Virus record (IMG/VR): IMGVR_UViG_3300035698_013740
Span: 8,382-72,381 of that record
Reading direction: 5' to 3' (one strand)
Source: a virus
Length of the DNA: 64,000 bases
Positions within the stretch are counted from its first letter, which is position 1. Each line of letters begins with the position of its first letter. Below the pieces are notes generated by a model. The model saw only the letters and a list, made by a program, of their open reading frames with translations. It did no database searches and had not been told where the DNA came from. Shown in pieces: positions 9,725 through 21,011 of the stretch. The position numbers were made by a program, and so were the translations under genes.

Positions 9725-10795
9725 GTGGTAAACGAAAATCAAAGATACTATGAGCTCTTTAATAAACTGAAGAGTGAGCGCCCAGATCATTCTAAACTAA
9801 CTGCAAATTCAAATGTTTTAATTGTTGACGGCCTAAATACGTTTATTAGAACGTGGTGTGCAATTCCAACTCAAAATGAACATGGTGACCATATAGGTGG
9901 AACCACTGGATTTTTAACATCAGTAGGATACGCTATTAGACAATTTAAACCCACAAGGGTAATAATTGCGTTTGATGGCAAAGACGGATCTGCTAGCAGA
10001 AAAAAAATATATTCTGAATACAAGGCAAATCGAGGTAAAAATCGATTATCTAGAGTGAACAGAGTATATGGCCAATTGTCAGATAACGAAGAAAGACGCC
10101 AGATGAAGCGTCAACTGCAGATAACTGCTAAAATACTATCTAGACTTCCAGTAAGTCTCATGTTATACCCAAGGGTTGAAGCAGATGATGTTATTGGATA
10201 TGTGTCTAGAAAGTTATGTAAGGAACGATCAATTATAATGTCGTCCGATAAAGATTTTCTTCAATTGGTTGATGATGAAACTACAGTATGGTCACCTACT
10301 AAGAAAAAGCTTTACACAAAGGAATCTTTATACGAAGAATATGGAATTCCTAATGAAAACTTTTTGTTGTTTAGAATGATAGACGGAGACGCTTCTGATA
10401 ATATTGGTGGAATAAAGGGAATAGCACTAAAAACACTGATAAAACGTTTTCCAATCATTACTGGTGGAAAAATATCTATGACGGATTTATTGGAATACGC
10501 CCAAGAACAAGTAGATGGTGGAAGCAAAATAAAGGTTTACTCTACTCTATTGGAATCTGCAGATATTTTGAAGAGAAATAAGAAACTAATGAATCTTGAA
10601 AAGACGTTAATTAGTGGAGCATTGAAACTGAAAATAGTAGATAATTTCAATTCACATATACCAGAATTAAATCGATTAGAATTGCAAAAGAAACTAATAA
10701 AGGAAGGTATGATAGATGCAATGCCAAGTCTTCCAACATGGATTCAGTCAACATTTAAAACACTAGATAGATACGCGCATGAGTCAAACGGATAA
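9725..10795 (+). CDS. 5'-3' exonuclease / flap endonuclease (T4 RNase H-like)
   Basis: IVDGLN, AFDG, YKANR, EADDVI, SSDKDFLQL, GDASDNIGGIKGI. Confidence 0.9.
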   Translation: MVNENQRYYELFNKLKSERPDHSKLTANSNVLIVDGLNTFIRTWCAIPTQNEHGDHIGGTTGFLTSVGYAIRQFKPTRVIIAFDGKDGSASRKKIYSEYKANRGKNRLSRVNRVYGQLSDNEERRQMKRQLQITAKILSRLPVSLMLYPRVEADDVIGYVSRKLCKERSIIMSSDKDFLQLVDDETTVWSPTKKKLYTKESLYEEYGIPNENFLLFRMIDGDASDNIGGIKGIALKTLIKRFPIITGGKISMTDLLEYAQEQVDGGSKIKVYSTLLESADILKRNKKLMNLEKTLISGALKLKIVDNFNSHIPELNRLELQKKLIKEGMIDAMPSLPTWIQSTFKTLDRYAHESNG

Positions 10796-12170
10796 TTTAT
10801 CTACATTCGGGCAATCATTTCAAACAAAAGTTCTTGCTGCGTTACTCACAGATAGGGGATTCTTAGAAAGAATTCGAGACATCATTCATCCTGAATTCTT
10901 TGAAAGTGATGCAAACACATGGGTTTCAGAACGCATATTAGATTATTATGATGAATATTCAATACCTCCTACATTGGAAGTATTTAAGATTCTGATAAAA
11001 ACTACTGTTGATGATGACATATTTAAAGCTGTCATTATAGATCAACTTAGGAATATCTATAAGAATTTAGAAGCAAAGGATATCCAATTTGTAAAGGATC
11101 AATTTTCTGAATTTTGTAAAAACCAAAGAATGAAGTCTGCATTACTGAAGTCAGTAGATTATATGCAGGCTAAAAATTGGGATGCTATTGCTGAGGAGAT
11201 AAAAGACGCCCAGAGAGTGGGAGAAGAATTTGATATTGGTCATGAGTATTTTGACGATATTAAAGCTAGATTATCTGAAGAAGCTAGATTGACTGTTCAC
11301 ACTCCTTGGGATATTATCAATTCTGCACTAGATGGAGGATTAGGACCTGGGGAATTAGGAGTTGTGTTAGCACCAACAGGTGGTGGAAAATCATGGATGT
11401 TATCTAAAATTGCACAACAAGCAATACTGGATGGTAAAAACGTAATTCACTATACACTAGAACTTTCTGAAAAATATATGGGAAGAAGATATGACAGTAT
11501 TTTCAGCGGAATTCCATCTCAGAACATCCTATCTAAGAAGAAAAAAATTACTAGAATTCTAAGGAACATTAAAGATCCTGGAAATTTAGTCATTAAATTC
11601 TATCCTCAGAAAACGGTTACTACTAGAACAATAAAATCTCATATTGAAAAGCTAATAGCTTTAGGTAAGAACCCAAATTTGATTATAATTGATTATGGTG
11701 ATCTCCTTAAGCAATCTAACAAATCATCTGATAGCAAATACGATGAAATGGGTGGGATATATGACGAGCTAAGGGGAATGGCAGGGGAACTGCAACTTCC
11801 TATATGGACAGCATCTCAAACAAATAGAAGTGCAGTAGATAAGCAGGTCATTCAAGCAGATTCAATGGCAGATAGTTTTGCAAAGGCAATGATCGCAGAC
11901 TTTATTATGTCAGTATCTAGAACGAACAATGATAAAGTGAATGATAAAGCAAGAATTCATATTGTTAAAAATAGATTCGGCTCAGACGGAATGACATTCC
12001 CTGCCAAAATGGATCTATCAATTGGATATATAGAAATTTATGACGTTAATTCTAGCGACGGGGTTAAGGTTAGAAATAATATGAAAAATGATGAAGAAAC
12101 TGATAAGGAAATGATTTTTAAAAGATATAAATCTATGAAGGGATCTAATAAGGGAATTGATGAAGAATAA
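10779..12170 (+). CDS. DnaB-like replicative helicase (gp41-like)
   Basis: APTGGGKS Walker A, YTLELSE, IIIDYGDLL, WTASQTNR, VKNRFG. Confidence 0.92.
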   Translation: MSQTDNLSTFGQSFQTKVLAALLTDRGFLERIRDIIHPEFFESDANTWVSERILDYYDEYSIPPTLEVFKILIKTTVDDDIFKAVIIDQLRNIYKNLEAKDIQFVKDQFSEFCKNQRMKSALLKSVDYMQAKNWDAIAEEIKDAQRVGEEFDIGHEYFDDIKARLSEEARLTVHTPWDIINSALDGGLGPGELGVVLAPTGGGKSWMLSKIAQQAILDGKNVIHYTLELSEKYMGRRYDSIFSGIPSQNILSKKKKITRILRNIKDPGNLVIKFYPQKTVTTRTIKSHIEKLIALGKNPNLIIIDYGDLLKQSNKSSDSKYDEMGGIYDELRGMAGELQLPIWTASQTNRSAVDKQVIQADSMADSFAKAMIADFIMSVSRTNNDKVNDKARIHIVKNRFGSDGMTFPAKMDLSIGYIEIYDVNSSDGVKVRNNMKNDEETDKEMIFKRYKSMKGSNKGIDEE

Positions 12171-12259
12171 AGTTGATGTTTATTAAAATAACGCGCAGAA
12201 ATCTTTAGGTATATATGATACTTAAACTTACCTGAAAAACTTAAAGACCGGAGAAGTGA

Positions 12260-14119
12260 ATGGAGTTAGCTAGTGGAATACTGTCTGATATTACAGTTTA
12301 TATGAAGTATGCGAAATATCAAAGTGAGTTGCAGAGAAGAGAAACTTGGGAAGAATTAGTTACTAGGAATATGGAAATGCATATTAAAAAGTATCCACAA
12401 TTGACAAGTGAGATATATGAAGTTTACGATTTTGTATATACCAAAAAAGTTCTTCCATCTATGAGGAGCATGCAATTTGCTGGAAAATCAATAGAAATCA
12501 GCCCTAATAGAGTTTTTAATTGTGCATATTTGCCGATAGATGATTGGAGAGCGTTTGGAGAAACAATGTTTTTATTATTAGGTGGTACAGGAGTTGGATA
12601 TTCAGTTCAATACCATCATATAGAAACTCTTCCAGAAATTAGAAAGCCAAATCCAAACAGAACAAAACGATTCTTAATAAGCGATTCAATTGAAGGATGG
12701 GCAGATACGATTAAAGTTCTTATGAAATCGTATTTTGAAGGAACGTCTACAATATTATTTGATTATTCAGATATTAGACCAAAGGGTGCAGCATTGGTAA
12801 CTAGTGGAGGTAAAGCACCAGGTCCACAGCCACTTAAGGATTGCGTTCATGATATTACTAAAATTCTAGATACTAAAACAAACGGAGAAAAATTAACGTC
12901 GCTAGAAGTTCATGATATTGTTTGCTTTATTGCGGACTCAGTTTTATCTGGTGGAATTAGAAGAGCTGCACTGATTGCATTATTCTCGTTTGATGATGAA
13001 GATATGGCAACTTGCAAATATGGAAATTGGTCCGAATTGAATCCACAGAGGGCAAGATCTAATAACTCTGCAGTAATTTTAAGACATAGAGTTAAGAAGG
13101 ACGAATTTTTAGAATTTTGGGATAGGGTGAAGAAAAGTAGATCAGGAGAACCCGGAGTTTATTTTTCTCACGACAAAGACTTTGGAACAAATCCTTGTGC
13201 AGAAATAGCTTTGAGAGCAAATCAATTTTGCAATTTAACTGAAGTGAATGCAGCTACAGTAGAAAATCAAGAAGATTTAAATGCAAGAGTAAAGGCTGCT
13301 GCATTTATCGGTACCCTCCAAGCGGGGTATACCGATTTTCATTATCTTAGGGATGTATGGAAAAAGACAACTGAAAAGGATGCACTAATTGGTGTAGGCA
13401 TGACTGGTATTGCAAACAGAAAATTAGAAAACTTAGATTTAGTAGGAGCATCTAAAATTGTGCTTAAGGAGAACGCAAGAGTTGCCAGATTGATCGGTAT
13501 CAATAAGGCTGCAAGAACAACAACTGTGAAACCTTCAGGAACATCTTCATTAGTTTTGGGATGTGCATCTGGGATTCACGCATGGCATTCACGCCATTAT
13601 ATTAGAAATATTCGAGTTGGTAAGAATGAAGCAATTTACGCATATCTAGCAGAGAATCATCCATCATTAATAGAAGATGATTTTTTCAAACCACATCTCC
13701 AGGCTATTATAGGAATTCCACAAAAAGCACATAGAGGTGGATTGCTAAGATCTGAATCTACTATAGACTTTTTAACACGAATTTCCAAATGGAACGAAGA
13801 ATGGGTTAGAGGAGGACATAGAAGCGGTGCAAACAGTCATAATGTATCTGCTACAATATCCATTAAGAATGGGGATTGGGCAATGGTAGCAGAATGGATG
13901 TGGTCAAATAAAACCAAATTTAACGGACTTAGTTGTCTTCCATTTGATGATAATGAACACACGTATGTGCAAGCTCCGTTTCAGGAATGTACAAAAGCAG
14001 AATATCAAACTAGATTAAAAACCCTATCCAATGTGGAACTTACCAACATATTAGAAGTAGAAGACAATACGGATTTAGCTGGTGAGTTGGCGTGTGTCGC
14101 TGGCGGATGTGAGGTATAA
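12260..14119 (+). CDS. nrdJ: Class II (adenosylcobalamin-dependent) ribonucleotide reductase
   Basis: VFNCA, GGIRRAALI, TNPCAEI, FCNLTE, TTVKPSGT, C-terminal CVAGGC; no beta-subunit gene adjacent. Confidence 0.88.
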   Translation: MELASGILSDITVYMKYAKYQSELQRRETWEELVTRNMEMHIKKYPQLTSEIYEVYDFVYTKKVLPSMRSMQFAGKSIEISPNRVFNCAYLPIDDWRAFGETMFLLLGGTGVGYSVQYHHIETLPEIRKPNPNRTKRFLISDSIEGWADTIKVLMKSYFEGTSTILFDYSDIRPKGAALVTSGGKAPGPQPLKDCVHDITKILDTKTNGEKLTSLEVHDIVCFIADSVLSGGIRRAALIALFSFDDEDMATCKYGNWSELNPQRARSNNSAVILRHRVKKDEFLEFWDRVKKSRSGEPGVYFSHDKDFGTNPCAEIALRANQFCNLTEVNAATVENQEDLNARVKAAAFIGTLQAGYTDFHYLRDVWKKTTEKDALIGVGMTGIANRKLENLDLVGASKIVLKENARVARLIGINKAARTTTVKPSGTSSLVLGCASGIHAWHSRHYIRNIRVGKNEAIYAYLAENHPSLIEDDFFKPHLQAIIGIPQKAHRGGLLRSESTIDFLTRISKWNEEWVRGGHRSGANSHNVSATISIKNGDWAMVAEWMWSNKTKFNGLSCLPFDDNEHTYVQAPFQECTKAEYQTRLKTLSNVELTNILEVEDNTDLAGELACVAGGCEV

Positions 14120-14121
14120 GA

Positions 14122-14433
14122 ATGGGTTGGGCAGATGATTATATTGAAACGTTAAAAGCGGGAATATCTGTATCGTTTAGACCCGTTGGAAACTCTATGA
14201 CACCGATAATAGAATCGGGTCAATTATGTAGAGTTAAACCATACGACTTTGTAAATTTCACGCATCCAATTAAGAAGGGTGATATTGTGTTATGCATGGT
14301 TGGAAAAAAGCAATATCTTCACATCATCAGAGGAATTCATAAGGATAGATACCAAATTGGAAACAACCACGGTAAAATGAATGGTTGGATACTGAAATCA
14401 AATATCTTTGGAAAATTAGTTAGTGTAAAATAA
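14122..14433 (+). CDS. S24/S26 peptidase-like protein
   Basis: GNSMTP serine motif, KKGDIVL, YLH. Confidence 0.55.
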   Translation: MGWADDYIETLKAGISVSFRPVGNSMTPIIESGQLCRVKPYDFVNFTHPIKKGDIVLCMVGKKQYLHIIRGIHKDRYQIGNNHGKMNGWILKSNIFGKLVSVK

Positions 14434-14441
14434 AATAGTAT

Positions 14442-16964
14442 ATGTATCAAAATTGTTATGTAGATTCGTACAATAGACAAGCGTATGTATGGGACGATAT
14501 ATTAGGACTTCAAACATTTCCGTATAAAAGATATTGTTATGTTAAGGACGAAGATGGAGAATTCACAACTATGTTTGGGGATTCTTGTAGAAAGACCTTT
14601 AATTGGAAGGATGAAAATCCAGACGATCTATTTGAAAGCGATGTAAATCCAACAACTAGAACATTAGTAGATTTATATACTGATGACGATACTCCTTCAA
14701 TAAATCATACAATATTAACATATGATATTGAAGTTGAAACTACCGTTGGATTTCCTCATGCGAATAAGGCAGAAAATACTGTAACATCAATTGCGGCACA
14801 CGACAATGTATCTCAAACATATGTCGTATTCATTTTAGATCCAGAAGGTAGAGTAAAGCGCACAGTAACTCCTACTAGAATTGTTGAGCCATTTGAGGAT
14901 GAAGAAAGTTTACTTATGGCGTTTGTTAATTATTGGGTAGATATTTCTCCAACAATTGTAACAGGATGGAATACATCAGGATTTGATAATCCATATGTCA
15001 TAAATAGGGTTGGAAAAATCTTAGGAGAAGATCATGTAAAGAGATTATCTCCAATTGGAATTGTGAAGTTCTCAGAATATGGTAATGTGTGGAGAATTGC
15101 AGGAGTGAGTCTATTAGATTATATGCAACTCTATAAAAAATTCACGTATACAAAATCTGCATCATATTCACTAGAAGCCATTTCTCAACAAGAATTGAAA
15201 CGCGGAAAAATAAAATATTCTGGAAATCTCAATGAATTACTAAAGGATGACATTAATAAATTTATTGAATACAATATAACAGATGTTGAATTAGTTTTAT
15301 CGCTAGACGCAAAATTACAATTAATAGATTTGGCTAGAGGTATCGCGCATGCAGGTAGAGTATGTTACGAAGATTTCATTCATTCGTCTAAGTACCTAGA
15401 AGGCGCCCTTCTTACATATTTAAAACAGAATAACGTTGTTTCTATAAATAAGCCAAAACGAGATTTTCAAATAGATGAAAGCAATTCATCTAAGGCAAGT
15501 TTTACTGGAGCATATGTAAAAATTCCCCAAGGTGGATTATATGACTGGGTATATGATTTAGATTTAACATCTCTATATCCATCAATCATAATGTCTTTGA
15601 ATATATCACCAGAAACCAAAGTTGGAAAGGTTGAAAATTGGAATGCTGATGATTTTAGAAATGAAACTAGAAAGAAATGGGTATTAGATGGTGATATAGT
15701 ATCGCATAAGCAACTCAAGAAGTTTTTTAAAGAAGGTGGAGTATCTATTTCGTCTAACGGAATAATTTATAGGACAGATATTCAAGGTTGTATTCCAAAC
15801 GTACTTAGTAAATGGTTTGATAAGAGAGTCAAATTCAAAAAGTTAATGCAAAAATATGGAAATGAAGGAGATGATAAAAAATACAAATTCTATAAGCAAC
15901 GTCAATTGGTTCAGAAGATTCTTCTTAATTCGCTATATGGGGTATTAGGTCTTTCAGTATTTAGATTTTATGATTTAGATAACGCATTAGCAGTTACAAG
16001 TGTTGGTCAGAATGTGATTAAAAATACGGCTAAAGCAATTAATCACAAATACAATAAAGAATTAGAAAGCGGAAATAAAGATTACAACATATACATTGAT
16101 ACAGATTCAGTTTATTTTAGTGCTAAGCCGCTGTTGGATGCTAGATTTGAAGATTTAGAAGATTGGGATGATGATAAAGTTGCAAAGGCAACATATGATA
16201 TAGCAGAAGAAGTTCAAAATTTTACCAATTCATTCTATGATGTATTGGCATATAGAATGTTTAATCTTAAAATACATAGACTTGAAATTAAAAAAGAATC
16301 TGTAGCTAGACGAGCATTATGGGTTGCAGCTAAAAAGGCATATGCCCAGTGGATTATTATTGATGACGGAGTTCCTGTAAATGAATTAAAGGTTACAGGA
16401 TTGGCAACAGTTAGATCATCATTTCCACCTGCATTTAAAAAGGTAATGACAGATGTTCTTAATGGAATTGTTTTGGAAAATTTAGAACAAGAAAAAGTAG
16501 ATTCAATTATCTTAGATTTCAAGAAGGTTATGAAAACGCTGACTCCGCTTGATATGGCAAGAGTATCTTCAGTTAACACACTAAAAAAATATAAATTGCC
16601 AACATCAAACAGTGGCAAAGTTGGAGTATTTAAGAAAGGAACTCCAATTCAAGTTAAGGCTGCAATGGCATACAATGATCTTCTTAAATATTTTGAATGT
16701 TCATACGATTTCCCTCCAATAGTAAACAATAGTAAAGTTAAATGGGTATATCTAAAGGATAACCCACTGAAGCTAGATCAATTGGCATTTAAAGGGGAAG
16801 ATGATCCTGTTGAAATCATGGAATATGTAACAGAATACATGAACGTAAATAAAATATATGATACGGAGCTTGATAACAAATTAGGAAGAATATATGAAGC
16901 TCTGCGATGGACTAAGCCTACTACAAATTCGGCATTAGTAAATAAATTCTTCACATTATCGTAA
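14442..16964 (+). CDS. Family B DNA polymerase with 3'-5' exonuclease
   Basis: YDIE, GWNTSGFD, YNITD, DLTSLYPSII, KILLNSLYG, YIDTDS. Confidence 0.95.
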   Translation: MYQNCYVDSYNRQAYVWDDILGLQTFPYKRYCYVKDEDGEFTTMFGDSCRKTFNWKDENPDDLFESDVNPTTRTLVDLYTDDDTPSINHTILTYDIEVETTVGFPHANKAENTVTSIAAHDNVSQTYVVFILDPEGRVKRTVTPTRIVEPFEDEESLLMAFVNYWVDISPTIVTGWNTSGFDNPYVINRVGKILGEDHVKRLSPIGIVKFSEYGNVWRIAGVSLLDYMQLYKKFTYTKSASYSLEAISQQELKRGKIKYSGNLNELLKDDINKFIEYNITDVELVLSLDAKLQLIDLARGIAHAGRVCYEDFIHSSKYLEGALLTYLKQNNVVSINKPKRDFQIDESNSSKASFTGAYVKIPQGGLYDWVYDLDLTSLYPSIIMSLNISPETKVGKVENWNADDFRNETRKKWVLDGDIVSHKQLKKFFKEGGVSISSNGIIYRTDIQGCIPNVLSKWFDKRVKFKKLMQKYGNEGDDKKYKFYKQRQLVQKILLNSLYGVLGLSVFRFYDLDNALAVTSVGQNVIKNTAKAINHKYNKELESGNKDYNIYIDTDSVYFSAKPLLDARFEDLEDWDDDKVAKATYDIAEEVQNFTNSFYDVLAYRMFNLKIHRLEIKKESVARRALWVAAKKAYAQWIIIDDGVPVNELKVTGLATVRSSFPPAFKKVMTDVLNGIVLENLEQEKVDSIILDFKKVMKTLTPLDMARVSSVNTLKKYKLPTSNSGKVGVFKKGTPIQVKAAMAYNDLLKYFECSYDFPPIVNNSKVKWVYLKDNPLKLDQLAFKGEDDPVEIMEYVTEYMNVNKIYDTELDNKLGRIYEALRWTKPTTNSALVNKFFTLS

Positions 16965-16986
16965 ACAACAAAAGGTTATAAAAAAA

Positions 16987-17718
16987 ATGGTTAAAGCCAG
17001 CTTAAAAAACTTCATCCAAAAATATCATTTGGGTGGAGCAGCAGATTCAGTAAAATGGAAAATAAAAAACAATGTACTGAGTACTAGATTTATTGCAGAA
17101 GATAAATCAGTATTAGGCTTTGTTTCTATGGAAAACGTAGATCTTCCAAACTCTGAATTTGGAATTTATGGAACTGCAAATTTAAGTAGAGTTATTAATA
17201 TGTTAGGAAGCATGATTGATATATCTATTAAAAATGCAGGACAAGATGATCCTATTGCGTTAGAATTTAAGGACGATGGATTCAATGTTAGTTTTGCATT
17301 GTCAGAACTTAGCGTTATTCCAAAGGCTCCAGATGCAGATGATGTTCCTTCAGATTGGGTAGCATACTTTAAATTGAATGATGACTTTGCTGAAAAGTTT
17401 GTAAAGGCAGTAAACGCTATTGGATCAAAGAATTTTGCAATAACATATGACAAAGCTCATGGGATTGCACGTGTGGTTGTTGGATATTCCACAGTTAATA
17501 CTACTCATGTCAGCATTGATGTTGAATCAGAGTACACTGGAAACCCGCTTCCAACCAAATTGTTCTCAGCTAAACATTTAAAGGAAATTTTGAATGCAAA
17601 TAAGGAAGCAGATGAAATGACACTAAGTGTTAGCAGTGAAGGAGTTGCAAATATTTCTTTTGACATTTTAGATTACAAGTCAGATTATTATTTAATAGAA
17701 GTAGATGAAGATGAGTAA
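16987..17718 (+). CDS. Putative sliding clamp (gp45-like)
   Basis: 243 aa, beta-rich, FGIY motif, between PolB and clamp loader. Confidence 0.65.
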   Translation: MVKASLKNFIQKYHLGGAADSVKWKIKNNVLSTRFIAEDKSVLGFVSMENVDLPNSEFGIYGTANLSRVINMLGSMIDISIKNAGQDDPIALEFKDDGFNVSFALSELSVIPKAPDADDVPSDWVAYFKLNDDFAEKFVKAVNAIGSKNFAITYDKAHGIARVVVGYSTVNTTHVSIDVESEYTGNPLPTKLFSAKHLKEILNANKEADEMTLSVSSEGVANISFDILDYKSDYYLIEVDEDE

Positions 17719-18682
17719 AAATCTAGATAAGTTTTTTGGAAATATAACAGATGATAAGCAATTAAACCATTCTCTATTTCCTGAAAAATATAGACCTACT
17801 AGGTTAGACGAATTTATTGGCAATGATGCAATAAAGTCAGCAGTAGCTAAACATATAGAAACTGGAAATATTCCACATCTAATGTTTTATGGATCTGCAG
17901 GAACTGGCAAATCTACATTGGCTAGAATACTAGCAAAATCGTTAGATTGTGATTACCTTATAATCAATGCGTCTGACGAAACTGGAGTAGACGTTGTTAG
18001 AACTAAGGTTAAAGGATTTGCAACAACTAGAAGCTTCAGAGATGGTAAAATAATCATATTAGATGAATTTGACTACATGTCTATAAGTGCTCAGGCAATG
18101 CTTAGGCATCTTATGGAAAAGTTTTCAAATAATTGTAGATTTATTCTTACCTGCAATTTTATAGAACGAGTTATCGAGCCAATCAAAAGCAGATGTCAGA
18201 TATTTAATGTTGTTCCTCCAAACAAAAAGAGTGTAGCTAAACACATATCTAAAATTCTTAAGAAGGAAGGTATCGAATACGAAACATCAGATTTGGTAAC
18301 AATCGTCAATCGCCATTATCCAGATATGAGGCAAATAATCAATGAGTGCCAGAGGCAAATTGACGACGATACTCTTGTATTAGATAAGAAATCTCAATTA
18401 GATGGGGATTTTAGATTGAAAATACTTGGTCTATTGGGAGAAAGTAGAAGCGCAAAATCTATCTTCAATGATATACGTCAATTGATAGCAAACAATCATG
18501 TTTCTAAATTTGATGATGTATATAGATTGTTATTTGATAAGCTGCATGAATTTGCAAAAGGAAAAGAAACTGCATGTATTTTAATAATAGCAGATTATTT
18601 ATATAAGGATGCGTTAGTCATAGATTCAGAAATAAACTTTATGGCATGCATTATAGAATTATTATCAGAACTTAAAAAATAG
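17705..18682 (+). CDS. Clamp loader AAA+ subunit (RFC/gp44-like)
   Basis: EKYRP, GSAGTGKS, INASDE, ILDEFD, FILTCN, SRC. Confidence 0.92.
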   Translation: MKMSKNLDKFFGNITDDKQLNHSLFPEKYRPTRLDEFIGNDAIKSAVAKHIETGNIPHLMFYGSAGTGKSTLARILAKSLDCDYLIINASDETGVDVVRTKVKGFATTRSFRDGKIIILDEFDYMSISAQAMLRHLMEKFSNNCRFILTCNFIERVIEPIKSRCQIFNVVPPNKKSVAKHISKILKKEGIEYETSDLVTIVNRHYPDMRQIINECQRQIDDDTLVLDKKSQLDGDFRLKILGLLGESRSAKSIFNDIRQLIANNHVSKFDDVYRLLFDKLHEFAKGKETACILIIADYLYKDALVIDSEINFMACIIELLSELKK

Positions 18683-18692
18683 GGTTACACTT

Positions 18693-19028
18693 ATGTCAAA
18701 AACGACAGACTTTACTAATTTGCCACCAAAGCAAATAACACTTGCAGACACAACAGCAGTTCTATGTCCACACTGCGAAGGTGATCAGTTTATGGAAACT
18801 GTTATGCTTAGGAAGGTTAGCAGAATTTTAACAGGAGATGCTTCAGATAGCTATCAGCATGTTGAGGTTTTAAATTGCGTCAAATGTGGAAAAATGTTAT
18901 TAGAAACATTACATCCACAAATTCAAGCACTATTGCTTAAAGAAATAAAGGACGCAGAAGACGGAATAGAAAAATCTGCAATAGACAACGGATCTACAAC
19001 TACTACTCCAATCATAACATCAATATGA
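18693..19028 (+). CDS. Zinc-ribbon hypothetical protein
   Basis: CPHC..CVKCG. Confidence 0.65.
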   Translation: MSKTTDFTNLPPKQITLADTTAVLCPHCEGDQFMETVMLRKVSRILTGDASDSYQHVEVLNCVKCGKMLLETLHPQIQALLLKEIKDAEDGIEKSAIDNGSTTTTPIITSI

Positions 19029-19603
19029 CCATACAAACATTTTTAAATGGATACACAAATCACAGTGGTGGTTGCCCAGGTTCTGATATGACTTGGGAAG
19101 TTGAAGGTTTTTTAAGAGGTGCAAGCACAGTGGCATATTCGTTTAAGGGTCATACTCATGATTCTAGATACCCATATGTTATGTCAAACACAGAATTAGA
19201 AGAGGGATTTGAACATGTCAAGATTGCAGATGAAACTCTAAACAGGGGTTTAGCAAGATTGGACGATGCTCCATATATTAAAAAACTTATATGTAGAAAT
19301 TGGTTTCAGATTAAACACGCAGAATCCATATTTGCAATAGGAACATTTGTCAATTCAACAAATCAATTGGTAAACGGTGGAACTGGTTGGGCAGTTCAAA
19401 TGGGAGTTGATGAGGGAAAGAATGTATATTTTTTCGATCAAAAAAACAATAAATGGTATTTGCGAACTAACGAAGATGACAAATTTAAATACATAGATTA
19501 CATTCCAGAGTTAACTACGGAATTTGCAGGAATTGGTACTAGAGCAATTAATGATAATGGAACTAACGCAATAACTGAATTGTTAGACAACATCGATAAA
19601 TAA
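19025..19603 (+). CDS. Putative SLOG-superfamily nucleotide-processing protein
   Basis: HSGGCPGSD, RN, GGTGWAV, FAGIGTR motifs. Confidence 0.5.
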   Translation: MTIQTFLNGYTNHSGGCPGSDMTWEVEGFLRGASTVAYSFKGHTHDSRYPYVMSNTELEEGFEHVKIADETLNRGLARLDDAPYIKKLICRNWFQIKHAESIFAIGTFVNSTNQLVNGGTGWAVQMGVDEGKNVYFFDQKNNKWYLRTNEDDKFKYIDYIPELTTEFAGIGTRAINDNGTNAITELLDNIDK

Positions 19604-19604
19604 T

Positions 19605-20069
19605 ATGGCAAAGAAAATAGATAAACCGAAAACATTATTTGATCATATACGCCAAATAACTGCAACTCAAAACCCAGATTATTGGTCAACATTGACAGAT
19701 ACAGATAAAAAATCATGGTCTACATACATGATTATGCGGTTTCTATCTATGCAGCCTGAGTGGATTACAACTGTTAATGAATTACAACCCTTTGTAGAAA
19801 GATTAGATCCACCAATTGTGTATGAATTGCTCATTGGCATTATTCCTAAGAGTAGAGTGTTTTTAAAATATGTAAAACCTGACTTTAAAACTCCAAAATA
19901 CGAACCGTGGCTAGTAGATCTAGTTAAGAAAGAGTTTGAATGTAAAACTGAACGTGCAATATCATACATAAACATTTTACGATCTTTAGAAAACGGAGTA
20001 GATACCCTATATTCTATTTGTACTAAGTACGGTACAGATCCAAAAATTGTAGAGAAATTAAAATTATGA
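19605..20069 (+). CDS. Clamp loader small subunit (gp62-like)
   Basis: LFDHI..YMIMRFLSM..IPKSRVFLKYVK; near gp44-like gene. Confidence 0.7.
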   Translation: MAKKIDKPKTLFDHIRQITATQNPDYWSTLTDTDKKSWSTYMIMRFLSMQPEWITTVNELQPFVERLDPPIVYELLIGIIPKSRVFLKYVKPDFKTPKYEPWLVDLVKKEFECKTERAISYINILRSLENGVDTLYSICTKYGTDPKIVEKLKL

Positions 20070-20974
20070 CAACAGAATCAGAACCAAGAAGATTAAGCTA
20101 TAGTCAGTTTTCTACGTGGTCACAGTGTCCTAGACAGTACAAATACAAATATGTTGACCGAATAGGAGGTAGAATGGGTAGCATTCATACTCTGTTTGGA
20201 ACTGCTATGCATGAAACTCTTCAGCATTATTTGTTGACTATGTATACTGAAACAAAGGCTAAGGCAAATGAGATAGACCTTAATAGGCTTTTGATGGATA
20301 GCATGAAGGCTGAATTCTTAAAAGAAAAAACCAAATTATTAGAATCTGGTGAAACTGACCTTACTAAAATATGTGGACCTAGAGATCTAAATGAATTCTA
20401 TAGAGACGGGTTAGAGATTATTAGATGGTTTAAAAAGTCAAAGAATTTAGCAAGATTTTATCAAAAACGTGGATGGAAACTTCTAGGTATTGAATTATCA
20501 CTAAATCTTAAAATACGAGACGGCATTATAGTAGTTGGGTTTATTGACGTAATCATTCAGAATGTTAGATCTGGTAAGATTACAATCATAGACATTAAAA
20601 CATCTACAAATGGATGGAGTAAGTGGCAAAAGGGATCTGATCTCAAAAAGCAGCAAATATTACTTTACAAAAAATGGTATTCTCAGCAGTATGATGTACC
20701 AATTGATAGTATTAGTGTTGAGTTTCAAATAGTAAGACGAAAACTACCAAAGGATTCTGAATTTCCAATTCCTAGAATGTCAAGATTTGCACCTGCACAT
20801 GGAAGGGTTAGCATGAACAAGGCTATTAAGGCTTTTGACGCTTTCGTAGATATGGTTTTCAAAGAAGATGGATCATTTATTTCAATATTAGATGACGATT
20901 ATCCTACAAAGCCTAGTAAATTGTGTGATTGGTGTGATTTTAACGGCTCACCCTGTGATATAAACTCAAAGTGA
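20066..20974 (+). CDS. PD-(D/E)XK RecB-like exonuclease
   Basis: LSYSQ..CPRQY, FGTAMHE, GFIDV, IIDIKTS, C-terminal CDWCDF..C. Confidence 0.85.
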   Translation: MTTESEPRRLSYSQFSTWSQCPRQYKYKYVDRIGGRMGSIHTLFGTAMHETLQHYLLTMYTETKAKANEIDLNRLLMDSMKAEFLKEKTKLLESGETDLTKICGPRDLNEFYRDGLEIIRWFKKSKNLARFYQKRGWKLLGIELSLNLKIRDGIIVVGFIDVIIQNVRSGKITIIDIKTSTNGWSKWQKGSDLKKQQILLYKKWYSQQYDVPIDSISVEFQIVRRKLPKDSEFPIPRMSRFAPAHGRVSMNKAIKAFDAFVDMVFKEDGSFISILDDDYPTKPSKLCDWCDFNGSPCDINSK

Positions 20975-21011
20975 TATATACTTATTTATAGGAACCAAAA
21001 TAAGAGTTTTT

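Noticed and set aside
8582-16964. Inteins or introns in RecA, helicase, RNR or PolB
   Set aside because: Lengths are typical, motifs are contiguous and no splice-junction motifs were seen.
20066-20974. Cas4 / CRISPR system
   Set aside because: No repeat-spacer array or other cas genes seen; the nuclease sits in the replication module.
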